Shown here one piece after another: positions 47,570-56,660 of a stretch of DNA of 64,000 nucleotides. The notes under the pieces are model-generated. The model made no database searches and was not told the origin of the DNA. It saw nothing but the letters and a program-made list of their open reading frames with translations. The stretch spans positions 4,207-68,206 of the IMG/VR virus record IMGVR_UViG_3300032304_001448; one strand, 5' to 3'. This stretch comes from a virus. Its lineage: Duplodnaviria; Caudoviricetes. Each line of letters opens with the position of its first letter. Within the stretch, counting starts at the first letter, position 1. The translations under genes were made by a program, and so were the position numbers.

Positions 47570-47872
47570 TCATTGTAACCTCCAGAAGCGAAGCCGATCC
47601 ACGCCTTCACTGTCGGTGACGGCTCGGGTCGCGAACTTCTTCTTTCCACGCCGGCCGATGCTGTGAGCGATCGAGCGCAGTCCGTTGAAGTGTTCGTGTG
47701 TCGAAGCCGGATAGATGAACGAGTCGCCGACGTTCAGATTGCCCAGCAGGTAGGAGAGCGGGTGTTGATACCGCGACTGTTCGCCCGGTTTCTTGTCTGC
47801 GAGAGGAACGTCCTCGTCGATAACGACAGTGTAAGTCCTCACTTCGCGTCTCCTCCCTTGGCGGCGAGCCAT
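47570..47872 (-). CDS. small putative DNA-binding protein (start uncertain)
   Basis: IDEDVPL...L.VGDSF...KFATR......RFWR motif. Confidence 0.6.
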   Translation of the reverse strand: MARRQGRRREVRTYTVVIDEDVPLADKKPGEQSRYQHPLSYLLGNLNVGDSFIYPASTHEHFNGLRSIAHSIGRRGKKKFATRAVTDSEGVDRLRFWRLQ

Positions 47873-47924
47873 GCTCCGAATCCGAATAGACCGACCCAAG
47901 AGACGAAGAGTCCGACGATCGGGA

Positions 47925-48251
47925 TCATTTCCACTCCTGACGGTGGCAGAGCAGGCCGATGACTCCGTAGTTGGTGATGTCCAACCACGTATCGCTGACC
48001 TTTTCATGCTCCGGCGAACGGTCATTCCAGACCAGCGTTTTCAATCGTTCGACCTTGTCGTTCATGCGAACGACGATGCCGCGCTCACCGAATGCCGAGA
48101 TGTTGGCGCTACCGTAGTCGCGCTGCTTGGTGTCGAGGAGAACAGCAGCCTCACAGAAGGACCGGAATGCTTTGCGCCCCATCTCGGTCTGGATGCCGAG
48201 AGCTTCGGCCGTCTTCTCGACGTAAGTTAGAACTTCAGTATTTGTATCCAT
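47925..48251 (-). CDS. nucleotide-modification-associated (DUF1599/MazG-like) protein
   Basis: K.RDYG..N...G..VRM.DK..RL...E...DT..D..NY. Confidence 0.75.
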   Translation of the reverse strand: MDTNTEVLTYVEKTAEALGIQTEMGRKAFRSFCEAAVLLDTKQRDYGSANISAFGERGIVVRMNDKVERLKTLVWNDRSPEHEKVSDTWLDITNYGVIGLLCHRQEWK

Positions 48252-48260
48252 AAAAGTGGT

Positions 48261-48316
48261 CCCCGGCGGGAGGAAGAACCCGTGGCCCACGAGCGGCCGA
48301 AAACCTCCCACCGGGG
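48261..48316 (-). terminator. 13-bp GC stem with internal mini-hairpin downstream of SSB gene
   Basis: CCCCGGCGGGAGG / CCTCCCACCGGGG; the mismatch is a G-U pair on the minus strand; followed by ACCACTTTT. Confidence 0.5.
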
Positions 48317-48323
48317 AAATGCA

Positions 48324-49082
48324 TTAGAGGAGTCCTTTGATCTCGGCTTGCAGTTCCGCGGGAACTTCGCCGGCCGTCTTCATGGACGGGATCCACCAGG
48401 TGCCCTTGTCTCCGGTCTTCAACTTCGACCCGAGCGAGTAGAAGCCGCCGAAGAGGCCCGTCTTGTTCAGGTGACCCACTTTGAAGTCCGAGTAGAGGAT
48501 CGCCGCCGTCTCCGCGTAAGCGGTCGAAGAAGCGGTGTAGATCACGCGAGCGTAGCGTTTCTCGCCGAGGACGTAGAAGAACGTCGTGGCTGCTTCCTCG
48601 CTCAGTGTCTCGGGTTCCTGAATGAGAAACTCGATGTGACCGACCTTGGCAAATTTGCCTTCACCACGGCCGTAGGCGACTTGGCCACCAGCCAGTCGAA
48701 CTTCTTCCGCAGTCTGAAAGGTGCGGGGACGAACGTCCGGATCGAAGGCGAGCGACTCCTGGTATTCGACCTTGAGTCGAACCGCGATGACCTTGAGCGG
48801 GTTACCCAGCCCCTTGTTCTTCGGGTCGATGTCATTGATCTGATGCTCCTTGTTGATGACATAGGTGCCCGGAGTAAACAGATTCGAGAGATCGCCAACT
48901 TTGTTCACGAGGTTCAGGCGCGGCAGCTTGATGTCGTCGGCTCCGAACTCTCCGTAGATTCCTTTTGCTTGGTCTTCGCCGATGATGGCGACCTGTGCTT
49001 CGGGGCGGACGGCAACGGCTTTGCTGCTGACTTCCTCGATGACTTGGGCCTCAACGGCCTCTTCAAACGATACTTTTCCCAT
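48324..49082 (-). CDS. putative single-stranded DNA-binding protein
   Basis: DIKLPRLNLV..VG motif; position between nuclease and polymerase. Confidence 0.55.
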   Translation of the reverse strand: MGKVSFEEAVEAQVIEEVSSKAVAVRPEAQVAIIGEDQAKGIYGEFGADDIKLPRLNLVNKVGDLSNLFTPGTYVINKEHQINDIDPKNKGLGNPLKVIAVRLKVEYQESLAFDPDVRPRTFQTAEEVRLAGGQVAYGRGEGKFAKVGHIEFLIQEPETLSEEAATTFFYVLGEKRYARVIYTASSTAYAETAAILYSDFKVGHLNKTGLFGGFYSLGSKLKTGDKGTWWIPSMKTAGEVPAELQAEIKGLL

Positions 49083-49100
49083 AATTGGTATGTGGCGTTA

Positions 49101-51512
49101 TTACTTGGTTTTCTTCAGGTAGTGATAAGTCCCCTCGGACTTGGCCGCATCGGCATCCACCAATGCGTCACGAAGATGTTCTTTGGCGCGGGCCATCTCG
49201 CCGCGCTTGGCGGTCCGGGCGATGGCTTTCTCCAGTGCCCCGATTGAGACCTCGGCGCAGGCGGCAAAGGCTTCAGGGGTAATTTGATCTTTGACCGTCT
49301 CCCACGCGGCTTGGGCGTTGGTGATCTTGAAAGGGGACTTCCGCTCGGCCAGTTCGAACCCAGGAATTTCGATCCCTTCCTGCATCCGCATTTCGAGAGC
49401 GCGAGCGTCGACCTTGTCCGCCCACGAGCGCATGATCGGTGCCGCCTTCTTGGCGAACGCTATGACGTTCGGGTCGCTAATATTGGCCGGATCGTATTGC
49501 GCCGGCAGCGTGAGTTCGTCGGCTTTGTATTCGGAAGCGATCGTCAGTGCGAGTGACGACAGTTTCGGGCAACTGGCTTGGCGAGCGCACCAAGCGCAGT
49601 GTGCCCCGGTTAAATAGGTCGAGGGGTCATCCCGCCTCGCCGAAGCGATGATGGCGGCAGTTTGCGCTGACAGACGATCGTAGTCACTTTCCCGGTGCCA
49701 CGTCTCTCGGTCGATGACCCCCCGGAAGGGGAGAAGAACATGAACAGTCAGTTGTTCGACTTCAGGATGGGCATCCCACAAGCCGACGGCATAGGCCCAG
49801 AACTGCGGCGAATCCGCTACATATTCCCCGAAGGCAAACTTGTAATCAACCAACTCGGCTTTGTCGCCGTGCAGGATGATGTGGTCGATGTGCCCGAACT
49901 GATCGAGGACGTTGTAACGCTGCTCCCGAAGCTCCTGCGCGTTTACGAGGGGCTTGCGGAGAGCCGACAGATACCGCAGGCACATTTCGGCGGCTTCGCG
50001 CAGCTTCGGGTCGTCCGGAGGGATAACGTCGAGGTTCTCTTTCTCCACCGCAAGGTGGCCGAGAGTTCCGCGGTTGGCCGCGGTGTTGTCGCGAGTCTGG
50101 TCGTTGCGGAATCCGGGGCATTTGGCTTTCTCCTTCAAAGAGCTTGGCGAATGTTCGCTGTGCTCGGTGTTATGCTCTTGCGGCGTTATTACCTGCATGG
50201 AAGATGAGACCGGGGTAACCACCCCATTGTTCAAATTATTTTTTCCTGCATTCAAAATTCCTACATTCTCCCGTTTTTCCTCAGTCAGACGCAGGGCTCC
50301 CTGCTCCACGGTGCCTGGTGCGTAGAGCCTTAAAGCGAGTGCGCGAGACTTGGCCCCGACCCGTCGTATCCGTCCAAGAGCCTGCTCCTCCACGAGGCCG
50401 GAGAATTGCGGACAAATAAGTGCAACACGTGGGAACTCTCCGACCACGTCGTGTAGGTCGATGGATTGCCCACCCGCCGCGATCTGGACGATGACACAAC
50501 GGAGTTCGTTTTCTTGGAACCGGCGCTGGGTTTCCGCTCTGGCTTTCGAGGTTTCTCGCCCGTCGATGACACCCGCGTCTTCGAGGAGCTTCCGTGCTTG
50601 GTCGATGGATTCATGGAAATTTAGGAAGAGAACCACCGACCCGCCCGATTCGACGATCTCTTGGGCACGCTCCACCAGATACGCGACTTTGACCGTTTCA
50701 AGGGCTTGGCGCTGCCGGAGGTTTTTGACACCGCCCGGATCATCCGGATCAGCCATTTCGTCATAAAGCGCCTTTACAGTAGCGCGGTCTTTATCTGAGA
50801 GCCAAAGGGGCTCATCTGAGAGCATGAGATCCGGCAACTGCTCGCGTAGCTCCTCCTCAGATACCCGATATCCGCGGTTCGCGAATACCGAATGGTGGAG
50901 CCGCTCCATCTTCTTTTTGTTCTCCGGCCGGCGGGGATTCCACTCAAGGCCACCCCAGCGCCCTTCCTCGGCCCCCATCTCGCGCACCCATTTCCAGAAG
51001 TAGCCCGAAGTGAAGAGCCGGAGGTTTACCCCGATCGCTTTCATTTTCAGAGGGGACTCCGCGGCCGTGGCACTCAACATCAGGACGGCATGGTTCCCCG
51101 CAGCGGATTCGAGCATCTTCCCGTTCTGGCTGTTATAGGCCCCGAACATGTGCGTTTCGTCGAAAATCAAAAGGCACCGCTCGGGAAGCTGCCACTCGAA
51201 GGCGACCTTCTTCCCTCCTTTGGAAGTCTTTTTAAGCCAAGGCGTGTTCCCGACCCGTAACTTTTCGGGATTAAGGACAAATAGGGGGTTCACCCCGAAG
51301 CTGGACAGGGTTTCTGTCCATTTGAAAATCACCGATTTAGGACATACAACGCACACTTTTAACGCATATCGTGCAGCAAGGGCACTCGCGATGACCGTTT
51401 TCCCGCCTCCGCACCCGGTCCCGTCCAGGCTGGCCCCGACCGAGTCGAGGATCTTCAGGTGCCGTTCGACGGCTTTCTCTTGATATGGGAAGAGTTTGAA
51501 CGCTGTGGGCAT
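49101..51512 (-). CDS. SF2 helicase fused to PD-(D/E)XK (Cas4/DUF2800-like) exonuclease
   Basis: GCGGGKT, DETH, SAT, QALGRIRR; then HSPSS...CPG, RGT..H, GHID, DYK, CAWC.....CP. Confidence 0.8.
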   Translation of the reverse strand: MPTAFKLFPYQEKAVERHLKILDSVGASLDGTGCGGGKTVIASALAARYALKVCVVCPKSVIFKWTETLSSFGVNPLFVLNPEKLRVGNTPWLKKTSKGGKKVAFEWQLPERCLLIFDETHMFGAYNSQNGKMLESAAGNHAVLMLSATAAESPLKMKAIGVNLRLFTSGYFWKWVREMGAEEGRWGGLEWNPRRPENKKKMERLHHSVFANRGYRVSEEELREQLPDLMLSDEPLWLSDKDRATVKALYDEMADPDDPGGVKNLRQRQALETVKVAYLVERAQEIVESGGSVVLFLNFHESIDQARKLLEDAGVIDGRETSKARAETQRRFQENELRCVIVQIAAGGQSIDLHDVVGEFPRVALICPQFSGLVEEQALGRIRRVGAKSRALALRLYAPGTVEQGALRLTEEKRENVGILNAGKNNLNNGVVTPVSSSMQVITPQEHNTEHSEHSPSSLKEKAKCPGFRNDQTRDNTAANRGTLGHLAVEKENLDVIPPDDPKLREAAEMCLRYLSALRKPLVNAQELREQRYNVLDQFGHIDHIILHGDKAELVDYKFAFGEYVADSPQFWAYAVGLWDAHPEVEQLTVHVLLPFRGVIDRETWHRESDYDRLSAQTAAIIASARRDDPSTYLTGAHCAWCARQASCPKLSSLALTIASEYKADELTLPAQYDPANISDPNVIAFAKKAAPIMRSWADKVDARALEMRMQEGIEIPGFELAERKSPFKITNAQAAWETVKDQITPEAFAACAEVSIGALEKAIARTAKRGEMARAKEHLRDALVDADAAKSEGTYHYLKKTK

Positions 51513-51529
51513 GTGCTGAGTCTTACCTT

Positions 51530-51772
51530 ATGATGAAAATTATTAACTCAATACTTGTAGCGGGTCTCCTTTCGGGAACCGCATTAGCTGACGACGGGAA
51601 CTTCTACGTGATCGACCTGAATACCCCGAACGGCATTACCTATGTCCAGAGACAGGGCAATCGGTATTACTATTCGTCTGATCAGTCAGACGCGGTGATG
51701 GAACGAATCCGGTCGAATAGAGAACGGCGGGCTGAACGGAATCGGGAGTTGCTGGGGAGTCTACTGGACTGA
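51530..51772 (+). CDS. small secreted protein on the opposite strand (moron-like)
   Basis: Signal peptide MKIINSILVAGLLSGTALA-D. Confidence 0.6.
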   Translation: MMKIINSILVAGLLSGTALADDGNFYVIDLNTPNGITYVQRQGNRYYYSSDQSDAVMERIRSNRERRAERNRELLGSLLD

Positions 51773-52091
51773 CCCAATCGGAGTCGTTCACGAGACGAAG
51801 CCAATCAGCGGCGAGCATGGTGACGAGCCAGGGCTCGCCGTTTTTCTTGTGCGCCACGACGGGTGTCTTATCCCCGGCGTCATTGATCGCCTGCTTCATC
51901 GCGGCGAGCACGTTCAAGTTCTGCACTCCCTTCACTTCGAAGTGCAGCGACGGCAATTCAGGACAAACAACATCGGCATTGCCGGCCGCACCGCAATACT
52001 GCTGACCGCGGAACGACTTGAGGAATCCTGCCTCGCGAAGTTGGTCGCGCCAAAGGCGCTCGACCCGTTTTCCTTTTTGCCTGGAGTTCAT
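51636..52091 (-). CDS. Holliday junction resolvase (Hjc-like)
   Basis: MNSRQKG.R.ER, RGQQY.G....DV, HFEVK. Confidence 0.8.
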   Translation of the reverse strand: MNSRQKGKRVERLWRDQLREAGFLKSFRGQQYCGAAGNADVVCPELPSLHFEVKGVQNLNVLAAMKQAINDAGDKTPVVAHKKNGEPWLVTMLAADWLRLVNDSDWVSPVDSPATPDSVQPAVLYSTGFVPSPRLTDQTNSNTDCPVSGHR

Positions 52092-52375
52092 AGAATCGAA
52101 GCTCCCAGTCCTTGCGCCCATCGAGTGATGGCGACCTCGTGGTAGATAAATTTCCGGTCGCCAACTTGGGTGTAGGGCAGACCGCGTGCTCGCCAATATC
52201 CGAGCGAGTGCTTCTGCACCGGCTTGCCGAAGAGTGTGCTTAACCTCTCAGCCGCTTCGCGAGGGCCGAGTGTTTCCTTGGGCCGCTCGACCGGAGCCTT
52301 GATCTCCAGGCGCAGCTTCCCACTTTCGAGCGGAGTCGCAGTGAAGGACTCACACTCCAAGATCATCGAAGTCAT
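52088..52375 (-). CDS. MerR/excisionase-like HTH protein
   Basis: LGPREAA..L...L.YWR.RGLPY..VG....Y. Confidence 0.65.
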   Translation of the reverse strand: MTSMILECESFTATPLESGKLRLEIKAPVERPKETLGPREAAERLSTLFGKPVQKHSLGYWRARGLPYTQVGDRKFIYHEVAITRWAQGLGASIL

Positions 52376-52388
52376 TATGGTGTTATTA

Positions 52389-52577
52389 CTACAGCCCGAA
52401 GAATTTCCGCAGAGCCAGCCGGATGACCGCGCTCATCGAGCGCCCCGAACTTTCGGACTCAGCTTTTAGCCGGTCTTCAAGTTCGGGGTCGCTGGCGAAT
52501 GAGCGGATCAACTTCGGGTTGCGAAGGTTAGCTATCTTCGTGGTCAAGGGAGTCTCGGAGTTCGTCACGAGAGTCAC
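52389..52577 (-). CDS. ribbon-helix-helix regulator
   Basis: RSF..DPEL..RL.......GRSMSAVIR.AL. Confidence 0.65.
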   Translation of the reverse strand: MTLVTNSETPLTTKIANLRNPKLIRSFASDPELEDRLKAESESSGRSMSAVIRLALRKFFGL

Positions 52578-52695
52578 GATAACTCCTTAACCCGTCTTCG
52601 ACAAATAAGCAGGCAAGTTTCTCCGGGGGGATCGAACAATGATGGGCGGTCTGTTCGAGTTCGGACATGGCGGTTTCGGTGAGGTGGATTGTCAT
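52528..52695 (-). CDS. small RHH-like protein
   Basis: MTIHL.E.....L...A......PE.LA...VE.GL. Confidence 0.5.
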   Translation of the reverse strand: MTIHLTETAMSELEQTAHHCSIPPEKLACLFVEDGLRSYRDSRDELRDSLDHEDS

Positions 52696-52759
52696 TACTT
52701 CGGTTTTTGTTTTATGTTTATGTGGGTGTTTCCTTTGTTGGTATGTGAGCAAATATTTA

Positions 52760-52773
52760 GGGGGGGGGGGGGG
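52760..52773. repeat. G14 homopolymer
   Basis: Read directly; intergenic. Confidence 0.9.
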
Positions 52774-52803
52774 TATGTGCCTATTACTTGTGGTCATAAA
52801 GAA

Positions 52804-52826
52804 GCCGCGGGGAATGAACCCCGCGG
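52804..52826 (-). terminator. intrinsic terminator-like hairpin after regulator gene
   Basis: GCCGCGGGG-AATGAA-CCCCGCGGC followed by TTCTTT on minus strand. Confidence 0.65.
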
Positions 52827-52833
52827 CACCGCG

Positions 52834-53139
52834 TCACCCTTTCCGGTGTTTCCGGAGCAGGGCAGCTATGGTTTTCTGCATTTGTGGATCGAGGCTGTCG
52901 GCAGCGCGTTCTTCCTTGGTGTCGGCCTTGTAGACAGCCAATTCTTCGGCTACGCGGGACAGCGTCCCGTCTTTGTCTTCTGCGGCTAGGTAGGCGGAGG
53001 TCGCTTCGCGGATCAGTGAACTGACATTTGTCTGCTTGGCTGCGGCCAAAAGGCGCAGGGCAGAAGAGGTCATTTTACTCTCTACGTAGCTCACTCGTTC
53101 AGTGCTGGCCTTTAATCGACCGTGTTTTGTTGTGCTCAT
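52834..53139 (-). CDS. RHH-like regulator (candidate repressor) downstream of integrase
   Basis: RVSY.E......L..LA......VSSLIREA. Confidence 0.6.
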   Translation of the reverse strand: MSTTKHGRLKASTERVSYVESKMTSSALRLLAAAKQTNVSSLIREATSAYLAAEDKDGTLSRVAEELAVYKADTKEERAADSLDPQMQKTIAALLRKHRKG

Positions 53140-53192
53140 GGTTATTTGGGTTCTTTCTTTCTCTATGTTCGACAACGAACATGCGTGGTTGT

Positions 53193-54419
53193 TCACCACT
53201 TTATTAAAGAGGACAAGCCATTTTCTTCGGCATAAGCTCGCACTGATATTGGGTTGATATTAAACCACTCGTCGGCTTCCGCCGTGGTTACGAGGCCGCG
53301 GTAGTGCTTTTGCAGGGTCTTCGGGCTGTTACCTGCGAGGTAGGAGGTCTCGTTGGCGTTGCGGTATTTGGCATAGTGGTAGGTGCAGAACGAGTGCCGG
53401 AGCACATTGTTCTTCCACTCAACCCCGACGGCTGAGAGACGGGCCTTGTTCCGGCTCAGTGCCGCCACCCGGCGGTGGCTGGTCAGGCGACCCTCTTCGG
53501 GGATCTCGGCGACTGCGAGCCAGGCTTTCATCTGGTCGGTGATGTCCAGAGTCCGGCGAGCCGCAGTCTTGGCGATCGTCTCGTCGATGACCGCATGGTG
53601 CTCATCGAACTTGAGTTGAGCCGCCGTCATCCGCTGGAACTCTGCCCGACGCGAACCGGCGAATGCCATCGTCGCGATGTAGGGGATCTCGTCCGGCTTG
53701 GCGATCAAGAGGAGGTGCATAAGCTCCCAAGGCTTGAAGGTCGGCACCACTCTGCGGTCGAGGGAGGGGAGAGCCAGGTCCGCGGTGATGGAGTCGGCGT
53801 CCTTACCGAGGTAGCCTTTTTTCTTGGCGAACTTTTCCATCATCTGCCAATGGCGCACCAGATTGCGGTAAGTGAATGGCGACCACTCGCCCTTGCTGAT
53901 GTAGCCCTGGAACTCCTCATGGGTCACACTGTTAAGTTGTCGGTGTCCGATCCAGCGCCGGATGTGGTTTGAATCGGTCGAGAGCCCGTTGAGGTAGGAC
54001 TTCGAGAGCCCCTTCAATTTCTGTCGCTCCCGCATCGCTTCGACGAATTCGACCGACACTTCTTTTACTGTCCTCCGACCAGCCCCGATCGGGTTCTTGG
54101 CTACGTATTGTTCCACGGCTTCAAGCAGGCGACTTTTGCCGCCCGCTTTGCGTAAGCACTCGCGAAGGAATAGAGTATCCTCCGGATGAATTGTAGTCTT
54201 CTCGCCGAGGGCGCTGGCCAAGTCAGTGACGATCCTTTGAGCCTCCTCTATCGCTTTGTCGCGTTTGGCAAAGACGCGCCTCATCGTCTTCCGCCCTACC
54301 TTCCAGCGGATGAGGAACTGGCGGTAAGCTCCATTGCGGACCTTGGCGATGTGCGCCTTGGCCCCATTGAGCCGGACGACAACGCCCTCGTTTCGGGTGT
54401 CAGTAATTTCGATTTTCAT
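53193..54419 (-). CDS. int: tyrosine recombinase / integrase
   Basis: FAGSRRAE (R), AKT (K), N.LRHSF, GNS......HY catalytic motifs. Confidence 0.9.
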   Translation of the reverse strand: MKIEITDTRNEGVVVRLNGAKAHIAKVRNGAYRQFLIRWKVGRKTMRRVFAKRDKAIEEAQRIVTDLASALGEKTTIHPEDTLFLRECLRKAGGKSRLLEAVEQYVAKNPIGAGRRTVKEVSVEFVEAMRERQKLKGLSKSYLNGLSTDSNHIRRWIGHRQLNSVTHEEFQGYISKGEWSPFTYRNLVRHWQMMEKFAKKKGYLGKDADSITADLALPSLDRRVVPTFKPWELMHLLLIAKPDEIPYIATMAFAGSRRAEFQRMTAAQLKFDEHHAVIDETIAKTAARRTLDITDQMKAWLAVAEIPEEGRLTSHRRVAALSRNKARLSAVGVEWKNNVLRHSFCTYHYAKYRNANETSYLAGNSPKTLQKHYRGLVTTAEADEWFNINPISVRAYAEENGLSSLIKW

Positions 54420-54678
54420 GGCTGTTAATTGTGACCAGATTTTGTGTCAAAATGTTCAAAAATATTCATAAGCGCATAATAATAACGAAAATGATAATAG
54501 GCGTAACTTCGCTTCGAACAGAGTAAGTCGAGTGACTTACAGAAGTTAAATAATGCCCTAAACCCGTAAATTCGAACCCATGATACGGTTGTCATAAAGT
54601 GTTGGTAATGAGGTGATTGCGAAGTATCAAAAACGATTGTGTCCGCTTGTATAACTCTGTAGCAGAAAAATTTCCAAA

Positions 54679-56451
54679 ATGACCCCGATTTTTGCCTCTG
54701 ATGCGACGACTCCTCCTGTTGGTTACCGACTGAAATACGGGGTCTATTTTGTGCCCGGAACGGCCGATTGGGCGATCGAGCTTTACTGCTTCGTGAACCG
54801 AGATCGGCGGTCGCCGGAGATGTTGCCGATCGAAGAGCACTTCAAAAACGCGGCCCAGATTTTCTTCAATAAGAAAACCGAGAACTTTATCTGGCACCCT
54901 TGGGCCGATGACATGTTGTATGAGTGCTGTCACAATAAGTTCGTCGGTTTCGCAGGCTGCGGCTCAAGCGGCAAGTCGGAATTCATGGCCATCTGGGCTC
55001 TCCTGAATTGGATGGCTGCGCCGTTCCACACGCTCTCATTGGTCACGTCCACAAGCATTCGTGACGCCAAGAAGCGGGTCTGGGGAGCCATCCAGCGTTA
55101 CTGGCCGTGCATCAAGCCCGTGGCTCCAGGGAAGCTCGCCGATACTCCGACTCCGGCGATCTACACGATCCGGAACGGCGAGCGGATGGAGCAGGCGGGG
55201 GTGTATTTGATTCCGGCCGAGGCGAAAAAGACCTCGGAAGTTACCGGCAAAATGAGAGGCATGAAGGCTCCGCGGGTCATCGTCGCGGCGGACGAGTTGA
55301 GTGAGTTGGGTCATGCCTTCCTCGACACGGCGATGTCGAACCTTTCGAACAACCCGTTTCTCCACATTTGTGCCGCGGCAAACCCTGTCTCTTACTACGA
55401 CCCCTTCGGCCGCTTCGTCGAGCCGACGAACGGGTGGGGGAGCATCACGGTCAATGATGAGAAGTGGGAGACGAAGCTGGGTGGGGTCTGTCTGCACCTC
55501 GATGCCCTCAAGAATCCGAACTACTTGGCCGGCGAAAACAAATGGCCGATCCAAAAATGGGAGAAGATCGATGAGGCGCGTGAACGACTCGGTGAGGACA
55601 ACCCGATCTTCTGGCGTGACTATCGGGGGTTCTGGCCACCCCAAGCGGTCAGCAAAGCGATCTACAGCGAGGCCGAAATCATCCGCTTCCAAGCCGACCA
55701 GAAGCCCGTGTGGAGGGGCCGCGTCGAACGAATTGTCGGCATCGACCCCTCCTTTGTGAGCGGCGGGGATAGGTGTGTCATTTATTTGGGCTCGTTTGGC
55801 CAGAATAAAGATGGGGTCGATCAGGTTTCGTTCGATGAGTTCCACTACCTCGACGAGGAGGCGAGCAACCCCGAGCCGCGCACCTTCCAGATCGCCAAGA
55901 AGATCAAAGACATCGTGGTCAAAGCTGGGGTGCCGTGGCGCAACATCGGGGTCGACGTGACGGGCGGCGGTGTGCCCTTCTGCGATGCGATGGCCACGGT
56001 CTGCGGGTCCAACGAGTTTCTGCGGGTCCACTTCGGCGGGGCTCCCTCGGGGCGCTCACTCTCGGCTTACGATGCGACTGCGGCCCAGGATAAGTATGTG
56101 AACCGCGTCACCGAGCTTTGGTTCGGGGCGAAGGAGTTTTTGCAGAATAATCAACTAAGAGGGATCGGTCCGGATCTTGCTCGGGAGATGACCAGCCGGA
56201 ACTACGACACGCGCAAATCCGGATCGATGAAGGTCGTCGTCGAGAGTAAGACCGACATGAAAGCCAGGATCGGCCGATCGCCCGACGTAGCCGACGCGGC
56301 CTTCGTCATGCTCGATGTTGTCCGCGAGCGGTTCGGGCTTCGTCCTCCCCAAGAGACTGGTGGGAGTCGCCGCGGCATGAGCAGTTGGAAGTCGACGATG
56401 ACTTCGAAGTATGCCCCGCGCCGGTCAGGTCAGTTGCTCCAGTCTTTTTGA
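54679..56451 (+). CDS. terL: terminase large subunit
   Basis: GCGSSGKS Walker A, VAADE Walker B, AAN P, GIDPS...GGD and SPD.ADA RNase H-like nuclease motifs. Confidence 0.9.
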   Translation: MTPIFASDATTPPVGYRLKYGVYFVPGTADWAIELYCFVNRDRRSPEMLPIEEHFKNAAQIFFNKKTENFIWHPWADDMLYECCHNKFVGFAGCGSSGKSEFMAIWALLNWMAAPFHTLSLVTSTSIRDAKKRVWGAIQRYWPCIKPVAPGKLADTPTPAIYTIRNGERMEQAGVYLIPAEAKKTSEVTGKMRGMKAPRVIVAADELSELGHAFLDTAMSNLSNNPFLHICAAANPVSYYDPFGRFVEPTNGWGSITVNDEKWETKLGGVCLHLDALKNPNYLAGENKWPIQKWEKIDEARERLGEDNPIFWRDYRGFWPPQAVSKAIYSEAEIIRFQADQKPVWRGRVERIVGIDPSFVSGGDRCVIYLGSFGQNKDGVDQVSFDEFHYLDEEASNPEPRTFQIAKKIKDIVVKAGVPWRNIGVDVTGGGVPFCDAMATVCGSNEFLRVHFGGAPSGRSLSAYDATAAQDKYVNRVTELWFGAKEFLQNNQLRGIGPDLAREMTSRNYDTRKSGSMKVVVESKTDMKARIGRSPDVADAAFVMLDVVRERFGLRPPQETGGSRRGMSSWKSTMTSKYAPRRSGQLLQSF

Positions 56452-56474
56452 AGCGGTATCATAACAGCATAACA

Positions 56475-56660
56475 ATGTCGTATCGCGTCACAGTTGAGGA
56501 GTTGCGAAAGAATGCACCGCCGCTGCGGATGATTTCGCTGACCGCGCCGGATTGGCTTCAGGCCGTCGATGCGGTGACTGAGGTGCTCTCGAAGGAGGAC
56601 ACCATGTTCCAACAGGACGAGACCGAAACACGCGAAGAATCTAACGACGATTGGTCGTGA
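56475..56660 (+). CDS. small acidic protein
   Basis: MSYRVTVEEL; coupled to next gene. Confidence 0.55.
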   Translation: MSYRVTVEELRKNAPPLRMISLTAPDWLQAVDAVTEVLSKEDTMFQQDETETREESNDDWS

